Shown: positions 26,400 through 39,948, numbered from the stretch's first letter. The stretch is DNA of 64,000 nt from the human T2T-CHM13v2.0 reference genome, Homo sapiens (GCF_009914755.1 NC_060927.1); one strand, 5' to 3'. A program made the numbers and translations. Notes: a model not told the origin generated them from the sequence alone.

Positions 26400-27975
26400 C
26401 CCCAAATATTCTATGCAAACTGCCCTTACGACCCACGGTGACTTTCACATTACTAATTATGATGGCCTTGTTAGAGTATTGATCTAAATAGACCCCAAAT
26501 TAGGATTTGACACAGATGGTCACACTGTCATCATTGATATACTTTCTTCACTAGGCTTCCAGAACAATCAGCCTTGCATTGTTTTTCTCCTGTCTGCCTG
26601 GAAGCTCCTTCTCTCATGTATGTGTTAATTTCACCTTCTTGCCCAAATCCTTTTCTTTAGAGTGCTCCAGCTCAGGGTTTTTAGACCTCATTTTCTATCT
26701 TAAAGTACTTTCTAGGTGATCTCATCATTTCTCATGGATTTCACTACCGTCTCTAGCTTTACTCCTAAGAGTTCTACTTTTCTTCCTAAAAACTGCTCCA
26801 CCCACACTTTTCTGCTCAACTAAGCCCAGGATTTTTGATTTTATACACCTTTTTTTCCTCTAATCCCTTTCCTGTGGTGAGAAAAGCTTTTACCAGACAG
26901 GGGTCCTGATCCAGATCCCAAGAGAGGGTTCTTGGATCTTGAGCAAGAACGAATTCAGGGAGAGTCCATACAGTGAAGTGAAAACAAGTTTATTAAGAAA
27001 GTAAAGGCTTTTAAAGAACGGCTACTCCACAGACAGGGCAGCCCCAAGGTCAGCTGGTTGCCCATTTTTATGGTTATTTCTTGATTATATGCTAAACAAG
27101 GGGTGGATTATTCATCCTCCCCTTTTTAGACCATGTAGGGTAACTTCCTGATGTTGCCACAGCATCTGTAAACTTTCATGGCGCTGGTGCGAGTATAACA
27201 GTGAGAACCACCAGAGGTCACTCTCATCACCATCTTGGTTTTGATGGGTTGGGACTGCCTTCTTTACCGCAAGCTGTTTTATCAGCAAGGTCCTTCTGAC
27301 CTTGGGTCGACCTCCTATCTCATCCTGTGACTTAGAATGACTAACTGTATGGGAATACAGCCCGGTAAGTTTCAGCCTTATTTTGCCCAGCTCCTATTCA
27401 AGATGGAGTTGCTCTTGTTCACACGCCTCTGACAAAGCTATTTGTTCTATTTTCAGAATATGTCCAGATTGCGTTCATTTCCTTTGCCACTGCCTAAAGT
27501 CAAGCAAGCACTATCTGTCACCTGAATTATGGCAAACCCCTCCTAACAAGTCTCCCTAATCCTGCCCTTGCCTTCAGGTATCAGTGCCCACCACAGCTCT
27601 GACCTCTCTCCTGTTAGTCTCTCCCCAGGGCTAAGTCCTCATTATCTTCCTTGCTTTTTCTTACAGATGCATCACCTGTTGGCTCTGCTTCATTATCTTT
27701 TCCAACAGATATTCATTTGTCCGGCTCTCTCACTTTCTTCACTTCTTCTCCCGAAAAGCTTCTTCTCGGAGAGGCCTTTCTTTACATTGCAATCCCCGCC
27801 TGCACCTGAGGTTTTGTATTCCTGTTTCCTGCCTTGCTTCTTCTTCTCACTTACCTAACATCAGCCTAGCCTCTAAATTCTGTGTGAGAAGGTATTTTTG
27901 TCTGCTTTTTTCTCACTGCCAGTGCTAGATGAGAGCCTTGAATATAATAGGTGGTCAATAAATAATACTGAGAAA
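26400..27975 (+). mobile_element. L2a interrupted by MER41A
   Basis: CAAACTGCCCTT..ATTTGACACAG..CTTCACTAGGCTTCCAG..AGGTGATCTCATC; 3' end TAGGTGGTCAATAAATA. Confidence 0.75.
26888..27434 (-). mobile_element. MER41A solo LTR (ERV1)
   Basis: Minus strand reads TGTCAGAGGCGTGTGAACAAGAGCAACTCCATCTTGAATAGG...GATCCAAGAACCCTCTCTTGGG; 547 bp; 4-bp TSD AAGC at 26884 and 27435. Confidence 0.92.
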
Positions 27976-28029
27976 AAAAGAATAAAACATGAAAGTACAT
28001 TGATAGATGGTATGTTTTGGTGCTGGCTA

Positions 28030-28170
28030 TAACATTTTGAGGTAGATAGTACAGGTATTATTTTCTTTATTTTCCAAATGAAGGCAATTATACATCTTGC
28101 CCAGGGTCACAAAACTAGTTAAGTATCAAAGATTAAACCAAAACTCAATTCTCTTGACTCCTAACCCGGT
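28030..28170 (-). mobile_element. MIR fragment
   Basis: TTTTGAGGTAG..TATTATT..ATGAAG..CTTGCCCAGGGTCACA..CTAGTTAAGT..TGACTCC. Confidence 0.7.
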
Positions 28171-28930
28171 TTCCATTCCACTACAATAGGTGCTAAAAAT
28201 ACAATGTTGTCTGTTCTTCGGAGCTACAGTACAGCATCCCTCAAGAACCTGGAAATAAAGAAATAAGATTGCCTTCTGAGAGTCACACTATGAAATCGAC
28301 GTGTAATGAGTCACTTACCTTAAAGAGCTAGAAATGCTTTTAAGCCAAAGGGACCATTACTGATTAAATGGTTTAACATTTCCAAAGAAAGAACATTTTA
28401 ATAAGAAAAGGCAGACATAGAGGCACTTCAAGAGGATACTCCAAAGCGAAAGTTGGGCACGTGAATCCTAGGGGCTGGAGTCTAAGCCAGTGAATTATGA
28501 GAATTCCAGAACTTCCTGGGTTCACAGATACATCAGACTCTGTTAGTTAATGACAATAAACATTGGATTCATCTGACCAACTCACTTTTTTTCAGAGAGG
28601 CCTTTCTTTGTCACCCCACTTTATATTGCAATCGTGATCACAAAACAGCCTTATGATTAATAATTAATTTTCCATGCAGCTCTGCCTGTCTATAGAAGAA
28701 AAATCCCTTCTAATATGTACTTCCAGCAGTCTGGTCCCGATGTTAGTTATTTCTTATTGAAAGTTAGTTGACCTTCTGATTGCAGTATGGCTTTTGTAAA
28801 GCTTACTTTTGGAAGAAAAGACATCCTGATTTCACTGACACCTGTACGTCCCTGCGATTGGTACATTAAAAAAATATATATATATGTACACACACACATT
28901 CATATATATATAATATATATATATACATAT

Positions 28931-29185
<255 letters not shown>

Positions 29186-30629
29186 TTATGTATCAATCTC
29201 CCTTACTTGGTTAATTGAATGTGAGTCTCTTCTGCACCTCCCTCACTTCCACTGAATATGGAGATGCTCTTAACATTTCAGTGTGAAACAAAATCAACCA
29301 CTCCAGAACTTCCTAGTGTCATTCTGTACTCGAAGTGCTGCACAAAAGCAGGCTCTGAAGGAGGCTCCTAAATTAGAGACGAAGGACAGACTTTTTTTTC
29401 TTGTATAGAGTCTTAACAGAAGGTGTCAGGTGAAATTCAGCATTTTAGGGAATAGTGGGTCAAGGATAATTCTGGGTTTTCATAGAAGGAAGGAATCCTC
29501 TTGCAGAGTAGCTGCCATTGTTTTGGCAACTTAGATTTTTATCAAGAGGCAATGGGAAGGGCACTTGTCGTTAAGGTCACTTGCAAGAGGAAGCCCAGAG
29601 GAACAGCTACACGGAACTGGACACAAGAGAGGCCCAGAAGAGGAGTCTCAGTCTTTGGTTGTCTCTCAACAGAAGCAAATTAGGTTTCTAAATCAGCCAG
29701 CCAGAGAACTAAACACACACTTGGTGGCTTTCTGATTTATCAAGCACAGCTGGTCACAAATTATTTTTAATGCTTGCATGTATGCATTTCTATATGTGTC
29801 AATAAGTTATGCTTTGGTGGTTTCTCCCTTTTAAAGTCTTGAATAATAGTTAACAAAGCACTCAGGGAAAATATTTTATTTCTAGCAAGAAAGCTTCCTT
29901 CCTTCCTATTTGTTTGTTTTACTCCTGACTTGTCTTTTTAAATTATTTCACCTTGGAAGATAAATCTTAGGGAAGTTTATTGTGACAACCTCAAAATTCT
30001 GTTGTACTATAGTCAGATCTCGAATAAATAATTAATTTTAGGGAAAAAAAAGAGCGACATAAACATATCAAAACATACTGGCATTGTGATGGCATAAGAA
30101 CACCTGAATTTAAGTCTGAGAGTTAACAATTCCTCTTTAACATCAAGATATCACTCAGTTACCACAGAAATGAAAAATGAGCCATTGAAGGTGAATAGAC
30201 AATGAGTGGCATGACTTTTATGTTGGGCAGGAAACAAATTATGATGGCAGGTGAAGATATTGATCATGAGAATGAGAAAGGGTAGCTCCAAGCCCAGGAA
30301 CTGGGATCGGCAAAAATGAAGGAAAAAACTGAGATAAAGGGTTCCTTGGTTGAGAATCGTAAGGTGCCTCACTACAGTCACCAGGTATATTTTCCCTTAA
30401 CAAAGTGGCAGAGTCATCTACGTTGAAATACAAGGAGGTACCTCCTTAGACATCAAGAAGGTCTCATTTATCAGCAAGTAGAATGGAGGATCATTGTCAT
30501 AATTAACCAGGTTCTCTAATCAGCCTAAAGCTGTTGAGAGTGAATTAGGAAGCACTTGTTATATTAACATTCTAAGTGGAAAGAGCACAACAATATAATC
30601 TGGGGTCTCCAACAATAAGAGTCGCAGGT

Positions 30630-30922
30630 TTTTTTGTCCTTGCGATAGGACAAAAAACCAAACACCTCATGTTCTCACTCATAGGTGAGAAGTGAACAAT
30701 GAGAACACATGGACACAGGAAGGGGAACATCATACTCTGGGGACTGTTGTGGAGTGGGGGCAGGGGGGAGGGTGAGCATTAGGAGATATACCTAATGCTA
30801 AATGACGAGTTAATGGGTGCAGCACATCAACATGGAACATGCATACATATGTAACAAACCTGCACATTGTGCACATGTACCCTAGAACTTAAAGTATAAT
30901 AATAATAAAATTAAAAAAAAAA
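30630..30922 (+). mobile_element. 5'-truncated L1PA (PA3/PA4-like) 3' end with 5' micro-inversion
   Basis: GTTCTCACTCATAGGTG..GGACACAGGAAGGGGAACATC..GTACCCTAGAACTTAAAGTATAAT plus A-tail; 13-bp TSD AAGAGTCGCAGGT at 30617 and 30923. Confidence 0.95.
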
Positions 30923-32329
30923 AAGAGTCGCAGGTATCAGCATTTTACTCTAGCATTCTAGAGGAGCTTATTTTAAACTCGGTGCAAACCACTACAGAAA
31001 CGCATAATGAATGATTTATGCTCTCTCTTTTTTTTTCTGAAAAAAAAAATAAAAATAAAAAAAGGCCTAGGATTTGAACATGTAGGCAGGAGTGACTATA
31101 GAAGTGTTGTCAAAACTCTTGACTCCAGGAGTAATGACAAGGGCTTCTTTACAATTCGTGCATCATTCTATTTCGTGGAAGATATTCTCATGCAGGTGGT
31201 CTGACATCCTGTGTCTATACACAGCAGCATCAGCCCAGAGAGAGACATCAGTTTTTACACAAAACAGCGATATTTTTTTTTCCCAGAGTCTAAAGTCAAT
31301 GACATCCTGATGGGAGAATTGCAAGGCTACGACATGCTTTTCTTGTTCATTTGGTAAGCCATGAAGAAATTAGAACATGATTTTTTTTTTCCAATAGAAG
31401 AAAACTATGACACAGAATGAATAGTCTCAAAAAAGTTCAAAACTTTTGTTTTGTAAAAAATGGTCATATTATTGTCTTCATCTTAGTTTTTTGCCTTCAC
31501 CTTATTTTTCGGAGTGTTCAACCTTAGCAACATCAAAGTCATCAACTGAAAAGTCACCAGTGGGAATGAAGTCTTTCTATTGAGTTGATCTTCTGTTAGT
31601 TCACTGTAGACCCCAGATGTGGGAAGTTACTTCTCTCTGTGACAAGACGGCTAGAGAGAGCATTCAGGAAAATGCAGATGGCGAGTATTTCTTGATTTAA
31701 ACAGCTCATTTCACATGGTCCATCACATAATCCTTTTAAATAAAGTAGTTTGTCTCAATAGACTTATTAATCTTATTGGTCATGTGCTACCTGTGTTTGA
31801 TTGAATCTCAGTGTTTACAACTTATCCACAGAATTATTTTTAGAATTGTTCTTTTAAATTCTATGATGAAGGAATAAATTCTTAATGGCTTAAACTTTTT
31901 CATAGGTTGTAATCAGTGTTAATATTTATTTTTAAAAATGTTACTCTTACAACCAACCCCCTTTATGAACCTGGTGCTCAAATGAATATTGTAACTTTGT
32001 AGTCTCTCTAAGAAGTTTTCAAAGCTGTACATTGAACCAGATGATATATTTCTGCGATGTGGGCCACCCAAACATTTGGGGTGCTGTCAATAGTGTAAAA
32101 GATTTGAGCAATTACTGCTACTTCTAAAAAGGTGAATTATATCACCGTTCCTTGTTTTAGATAAAGCATAGTTGGAATTTCTTGACATGATTGAGGACCA
32201 AGGAGAGCTTTGGTCAAATCTATTTTATTTGAATCAAGATAGGGAGTTCTGAAACAAAAATGTTCAAAGGATAAACGTACTTGGTATCTAATTAGTCAGT
32301 ATGCCTCAAAATAGTTCTTGCATACCTAG

Positions 32330-32626
<297 letters not shown>

Positions 32627-33754
32627 GGGAACCTTTAGAAAAAAAATTAGTAATTATTAATACTGCTCAGAACATGCAATGGAAAATATTGATGTAGATC
32701 TTCTGAAATCTCTTCTTGGATTAAACTCTAAGAATAGAAAATGTGTAAATGAATTACATTAATTACCGCTTCTTCCCACCACTGCTCCTTCAACTCCATA
32801 CCCTGAATTGTTTTTACTGAATTGCACTTTGAAATTATGCCCTTGGGCCACATTGAGGATCTTTAGAAAAAAACAGCCCTGAGAAACTCATTACTTTATT
32901 TACTGTAAGATGTTGTTTGAGGATGTTGTTCTCTGCCTTGCCATTTGGACACCTTTTGAGAACCCCCAGAAGAAATAGATCTCAAAGGGCAATACCAGGA
33001 ATAGTCTTCTATTTCCTGAACAAGTAGTTGTTGGTCTCATGGACACTGACAATTACAATTTTTTTTTCTTTTCCAGTTTACACTGGAGTCCAGATAATAC
33101 AGATCAACCTAGAGCACATCTCTACCCTTAGTACAGAATATTGCAGAATTTTTTCTCCTGGTCTCACTGCAGTTTCTTTTCATTGTTCCTTTGTTAATTT
33201 TCCTTTGCCTTGATGCACTTGTTGACTTAATTTTATTTCGCGGCATGAATTTGCATCTAAAGTCTGGAAAAAGAGTGTAAACAACCAAATTGCCTTTATA
33301 ATGTGAGTGAGACCAAGGCACCTCTGGGAAACCAAAGGCCTAGTCTTAGATGAAGAATTTGGGGAAAGATTGTCAACTGAAATGTCCATATTTTCATGAA
33401 GTCTCTCAGTGTGGAAGTTCAGTAGAATTAAGGTGTTATCTGAATCAGAATCCCTGGAAACAACACCTGAGCATAGGTATTTTTTTGAATTATAACATGT
33501 AAAATTAAAAGATGGCATTTCTGGCATGGAAAAGAGCAAGTTCAAATGACCTGAAAAGGGAAAAAGCTTGGCATGGTTTGGAAAGAGTGAAAAGTCACAC
33601 ATGGCTGGGACAGAACGAGTGAAAGGGAAAGGTTTGGGAGATAAAGTTGAGAAGTAGACAGGCCAGATGTCAGGCAGAGCCTTACAAACCATAATAAGAC
33701 GTTGCATCCCATTTCAAACACGCTAGAAATACCGAAGGTTTCTTTGTTAAGTCA

Positions 33755-34190
33755 AGTTTGTTGAAGTAGAATTGATATACAGTAAAATTTACTTTTTTAG
33801 CATAAAGTTCTGTGGGTTTTGATAAGCACATGGAGTCAGGTAAGCATCTCTACAACCAAAACACAAAACATTTCTCTCACTCCAAAGAGTTCTATCACAT
33901 ACCTTTATGATCAACCCTTCCTCCCATCCCCATACCCTAGGAGCTCTATCACATACCTTTATGATCAACCCTTCCTCCCATCCCCTTACCCCAGGAGCTC
34001 TATCACATACCTTTATGATCAACCCTTCTTCCCATCTGCATACCCTAGGAGTTTGGCTCTGCTTTCTCTTGTATAGTTTTGCCTTTTCCAGAATATCTTA
34101 TAAATTAGATCATACAATCTGTAGCCCTCTGAGTCTGGCTTCTTGCACTTAGCAAAATGCATTTGCTATTCATTCATGCTAGTGTGTGTA
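33755..34190 (-). mobile_element. Old L1M (MC/MD-like) 3' UTR
   Basis: TTGAAGTAGAATTGATATACAGTAAAAT..TAGTTTTGCCTTTTCCAGAAT..GTCTGGCTTCTT.CACTTAGCA. Confidence 0.8.
33891..34051. repeat. 54-bp tandem repeat x3
   Basis: TCTATCACATACCTTTATGATCAACCCTTC... units start at 33891, 33945 and 33999. Confidence 0.97.
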
Positions 34191-34957
34191 CACCAAGAGT
34201 TTTGAGTGGGGGAATGATACAAACTGCTTTGAGTTTTATAGAAATAACTCCTTTGCTGTGGTAATTGTGGGAGTGGGGTTGTGAAGAGGTGATTGTAGCA
34301 GGTGAAATTAAGGGAGAGGATAGGTCACAGCAGGAAGGTGCTGAGATGCGGATTCAGGAAATATGGTGAAGGCTTATCTATCATGAGTGCTAGTGATGCA
34401 GATATGAGTAGGACAGATAATTTTCTACTTAGGAAAAATAATTTCAAAACATTTAATACTAAAAAACAATGAAAGTACTAAAAGGATTCATAGGAAAGTT
34501 TAATATAATTTTAGATTGAAGAAAAACTTATTCATCAAAACAAAACATAACAAAACGTGGGGAAAAATTACAATATGAAAAAGTTAAATTTGCATAAGGT
34601 GAAGGACACCATAATCAAAACTGTAAAAGTAGTGTCAGCCAGGGAGAAACATTAATAGCATATATAACCAAGTATTGATATACACACTGTATAATGAGCA
34701 GCTATCAATCTCTGAGACAGATAATCCAAAAAAAAAAAAATGGGTAAAGTGGAGAAGACAATTAACTGAAGAAATATAGATGTCCAATATACATATAAAA
34801 ATATGCTTATTCTCGTTACTTTTTGATTCAGCAATTCCACATCTGGCAATCCATTCTATGGTAATACTTATGTATGTGGGCATAGATTGTTTTGCATCAA
34901 TAGGGAAATAAATATGTAAATGTTGGTTTATTGGCATAATAAAATATTATGCAACCA

Positions 34958-35026
34958 TTAAGAAGAATGAGCTAGATCTGTATTAAAAGAATGAGCTAGA
35001 TCTCAGTTAAAAGAGTGAGCTAGATC
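34958..35026. repeat. ~24-bp tandem repeat x3
   Basis: TTAA(G)AAGA(A/G)TGAGCTAGATC three times. Confidence 0.9.
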
Positions 35027-35302
35027 ATGGAAAGTTCTATGTTAAATGAAAAAGTTACAAAACAATTTGTTCAGCATGATTCTACTGATAGCTAAATAAA
35101 AAGAAAAGCACATTAGTGACTATGTGTGCATGAGAGAGAGAGAGGGAGAATGAAAGAGAGAGACAGAAAGAAAGAAGGGAAGGAGAGACAGAGAGAGAGT
35201 AAGAGAGACTAAATTCAGAGAAAAACAACTGTATGCACATCAAATGGCCAACAGGTTAATAGCAGTTCATATTCACAGAGGATCTTAGAATTGGGTTGGG
35301 TA

Positions 35303-35448
35303 TGTAGACGAAAAGAAATACATTTTTCTTACCCATCCCTGGGTTCATGACTGAGGCCTCTATAACAAAAGGCAGATTAATAGAAAAACTTGCAAATTGA
35401 TTTAGCATAAGTTTTACATGATATGAGAACTTTTGAAATGAAAACGCA
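35303..35448 (-). mobile_element. MER34/MER39-family LTR 3' fragment
   Basis: TGTAG..CTTACCCATC..GGTTCATG.CTGAG..TATAACAAAAGGCAGATTAA..AGTTTTACATGA. Confidence 0.6.
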
Positions 35449-35958
35449 ATTTATATATTGTTTTGGGGAAATACCCATTAGTAAACGGTTAAAATATGCA
35501 AGGAATGATACCATACAGTCTCAGGAAAGTGGTTAATTCAGGGGGAGATGGCAAAGTTGGGCTTCGTTTCTATAATTTTTGACTATTAAAAAATATAAAG
35601 TATATATGACACGATATTTAATGTTTGGTGATCTAGATGATTGAAATATGTGGACATATTATTTTCTGTTTCCTGATGGTTTGAAGTTTTTGTTATTAAA
35701 AATACAGAGAATATTTTGCTTAGATGATGACTAAAGAAGACATTATGGAGTAACATGAGGAAATATATTAAATATTGCCTAAAATAGGGGAAGGAAGAAG
35801 TGTTTAGTTTGGAACAGGGTGCTACCGTTGTGACCTTTCTTGGATTATTATAATACAAACAGTAACTTGCATCTGTTGAGAAGTTATTGTGTACCAGATA
35901 CTTTGCAAGGGCCTTTCGTGTATTTTATCATTTAATCCTCACAACAGCTGTTAGGTGA

Positions 35959-36375
35959 TGCTATGGCTTGAGTGTGTCACCCAAAGTTCATGTGATGGAA
36001 ACTTAATCCCCAATGCAACAGTGTTGAGAGGTAGGACCTTTATGAGATGCTTCTCATTTCTCTAGCAAAAGACTCTGCCCTCTGAATGGATTAATACAGT
36101 TATTGCAGGAGTGGGTTCCTTATCTCATGGGAGTTAAGTTCCTGATGAAAGGATGAGTTTGGCTGGCCCCTTTCCCTCTCTCCCTCTGTCCTGAGTATTC
36201 TCTCTCCCTGTCATGCCTTCCACCGTGTTATGATGCAGCAAGAAGGTCCACAACAGACGCAGCCCTTCTATCCTGGACTTTCCAGCTACCAGAAGTGTAA
36301 GAAATAAATTTCTGATTTTTATACATTACCCAGTCTCACGTATTCTATCATAGCAACACAAAGCAGACTAAGACA
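35959..36375 (+). mobile_element. MSTC-like solo LTR nested in a minus-strand MIR (35860-36500)
   Basis: TGCTATGG..CAAAGTTCATGTG.TGGAAACTTAATCCCCAATGCAACAGTGTTGAGAGG..GACTAAGACA; MIR text on both sides. Confidence 0.85.
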
Positions 36376-36848
36376 GCCTGTATCATAGATGTAGAAAATG
36401 GACATAGATTGGTTTTGAATCTTATTCATGGTCACCCAGCAGTTAAGTGACAGAATCAAGATTTTAACCAAAGCCTTCTGACTCCCTTAAAAGCTTGTAA
36501 CTCCAAACTTCCATGTTCTGTAATAAATAGCATTTTTCTGTTGAGAAAGGAAATGTGGAAGAGACTGGTCCTAGCCTTAAATCAGATGGGTTATTAGGAA
36601 ATAAAGTAGGGAAATGGAAAGTAAAGTTTAAGGGATAGAAGAAAAGAGGTTTGGGCTAAAAACTACCTTTCCCTATGGAAATAAAATGACTAGAGAATTA
36701 AACCTTGAAAGATCCATAAGGATTGGTGTAAAATTCTTGTCTTTTCACTTTTGAACTGGTAGTTCAAGCATAAGAAAGAAACAGTGTCTTCTCAGGAAGA
36801 TCCTGTTTAAAATGTGTTCCTCGTTGGAAATGCTAAAGGGTACACAGG

Positions 36849-37316
36849 TTTATTGGTTTGCAAGGGCTGTTGTAACCAAATGCTACAACCTGGGTATTTG
36901 GTTACAACCAACACAGAGTTTTTGTTGCAAACTGTCATAAATTGTCAGAATAATTCTGGAGTCTAGAAGTTTGAAATCAAAATGTCAGCAGGGCCATGTT
37001 CTCTTGGAGACTCTAGGTAGACTCTTTCCATGCCTTTTCCTAGCTTCTGGTGGTGGCTGTCAATCCTTGTCCCTCAACTTGCCGGGGTTAGAACTCCAGT
37101 TCCTTCCTCTGTTCTCTCATTCTTTCTTTGTTTCTTTCCATTGACTTTTTATAACAACACTGCTTAGATTAGATTGAGTGCACCTTACTCCGATGTGACA
37201 TCATCATAACTAATTTTATCTGCGACAAACTTATTTCCAAATAAAGTCACATTCTGAGCTACTGAGAATTAGGACTTCAACATGTCTTTCTGTGGGACAC
37301 AATTCAACCCATAACA
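36849..37316 (-). mobile_element. MLT1C-like solo LTR
   Basis: TCTGGAGTCTAGAAG..GTCAGCAGGGCCATG..TATTTCCAAATAA.GTCACATTCTGAG..GGACACAATTCAACCCATAACA; TSD ACAGG. Confidence 0.88.
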
Positions 37317-38484
37317 ACAGGAAAAACACAATAAGGCAATCATTATAAGTTTTATGTTTCATTCTTGAACTTGGTAGATATTGAGCATTTAAAATAAATT
37401 AAAATATGTTAAATGTATAAATAACTATGAGTATATATCCACGTGCATCTACGCAGGCCATGTTTTATTTCTAAATAGTACATCATTTAAGTGTTTAGCA
37501 ATTTGTATTATGTACTGAGATTTTATATCTAGATAACAATGTATTTAGAAAGAGATTTTTAAATATCACCCCAATAAAGAAACCAGTGGAAGAAAACTGT
37601 ATTAAGTTTCCTCCAATTCCTTATTTAGAAGAGCATATAGTATTCAAGTCAAATAAGTTGTTGAATAAATGACCTTTTGGTAAGGTAAATTATTATAGTA
37701 GGCCTGCAAGATGAGCACAGTCATTGTAGGAAAATCTGTTGCTGAGTATGCTTTGTGTTCTTTTTCATTTAGTTGTTCTGTTTGGTTTTGCTTTGTTTTC
37801 TTCTCTGACTGAAAGCCTTAACAGAAACAAAAGTGTTTCTCTCATGTGAAATGATTAGCTCTCTTTCTCACCCTGACTTCCTGTCCCGACTTGAATAGAA
37901 AGCAATGCATGAGTATCTAAATAGGAATCAAATGTTCTTTGACAAAGATGCAAAAGAAACAAGAAAACAACTGGATTTTATTCGTTTCTCAGGGACACGT
38001 TCACTGAACTGCAAAAGCCAAAACACCTGGGAAAATCTGCCTAGGCAGGCAGGGCTGTGACCAGTAATGGAAAATGCATCTCTGTGTGGGCTTAGAGGGC
38101 TGGGAACTATCATAGACTGTGGCTGGAGTGTGATCAAGTAAGATTCAAAAGAGAGAGATTATTTCAGAACCATATAGCATAAAACTGAAACGCAGAGAAC
38201 AGATAAATGTATGTGTCTGTCCTTTTAGGCAGAAAGCATCCGTTTTGAAAAAACATTTACCTGTGCTGATTTGAAGATTTCAATATGTGCCTTTCCAGAG
38301 TACTTGCAATCATCATTGTGTAGTGAGCCTTCAAAAATGAAGGCTTGCTGAAGAACACCATTACCTGTGAGTCTGAGTGTGTTGTGGGTTGGGTCATCCA
38401 CCAGAGCAGATAGGGTAGAGAGGGCATCTGTAGACCACTAAGTAAAAGAAAACATCTGAAATACCACCTTCTTTATTCAGCCCT

Positions 38485-38790
<306 letters not shown>

Positions 38791-39948
38791 TCAGCCCTCT
38801 AATCAAAGAAATAGTAAGCTGCATAGATGCCAAGTGTAGAAGTTGAAGTACTAAATCTCTGCTGTGTTCCAGCATTGCTAGGGATGAAATCCCCTAAGTT
38901 TATTTAGCACTTAAAATAATACTCTCTAGTATCCAAGGGCCTGACCACCTCTTTATCAGTCACCACATGCAGGAAGCAGTGTCAGGGCCGGCGGGGAGTG
39001 CTTAAATATTCTATTTGCAAATGCTCTAAGTTGCAACAGTTAGAATGTAATGCAACCCCCCCCCCCAAATTTAGAAGCCCAGGAGGGATTTATTCTACCC
39101 ATAAGTAGCAATGAATTTGACACTTGAAGAAAGTTATTGTGTATAAATCAAAAATTCAGTGATTATAAATTTTGAATTTTTGTTTGAGATGAAGGGTGGA
39201 GAGGAAAGGTGGGAGTAGGTAAAAATAAATCCATCGAGGTAATTGAAGTCAATGAACTTTGTCAGTCAGTATCTATTATCATAAAATGCTATAACTGTCA
39301 CCTTGGGCTTATACAGATAATGAGGACTATCTGTGTTTTACCAATAAATTTCTTTGTGTTGGTTTAGCACAAGCCTTATACAAGCACTGAAAATGCTAGG
39401 AGTAATTTTTTTTCTTTTCCAGTTGACTTTTTTTTTTTTAACAAAACTGTAACATGTGGTTTGCAATTAGCTTTAATTTCAAACTAAACATATTTTAAGA
39501 AGCCAAGTAGTTTTTATGCATACAAAGTTTCAGGATTCCTCTCCTCTCTGACTTTTTAAGCAAATTGCTGTGTCTGGGCCCCATCTCCACATTTTCACAA
39601 CTTAATTCTTAGCACTTTCATCTGACCACATTCTATATTTTGGGAAGCATCCAAAGGTTTTCTTAGGGACTTGAGGTGGGTGCTAAAATATTTTTGTTTG
39701 CATTTTTTTTTTTCTGGCTACATTAGTTTCTTGTTGGTAGTGAGTGATTTTTCTTAATTTGGTGATTTTCTTATATTAAGATTATGACTTTTTAAATTGC
39801 ATAGGCAAAAATTATTAGTTTAAAATTCCAGATCTCTTCATTTCTATCAGGCATATCTATTGGTAATTTTATCAATGTTTATGCTCATGCCTAGTTAGTA
39901 CTTCAATTAGCAAATTAATTGTACTTTTCATAAAATACCTTTTTAAAG

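Larger units (their letters stand above)
33505..34420 (-). mobile_element. L2 fragment interrupted by an L1M
   Basis: GAGCAAGTTCAAA..GCTTGGCATG..GGCCAGAT..GCCTT; resumes at ~34195 GAGTTTTGAG..GAATGATAC. Confidence 0.6.
34445..35620 (+). mobile_element. L1ME-type ORF2/3' end remnants
   Basis: A-rich degenerate text AAAATGGGTAAAG..GAAGAAATATAGATG..CAGCAATTCCACATCT..AAGAATGAG. Confidence 0.65.

Noticed and set aside
33180-33707. Longest ORF in the track (175 aa, minus strand)
   Set aside because: Overlaps decayed L2 and other repeat-like sequence; no recognisable domain
33789-34152. Three ORFs with 18-aa repeats
   Set aside because: By-product of the 54-bp triplication inside an L1
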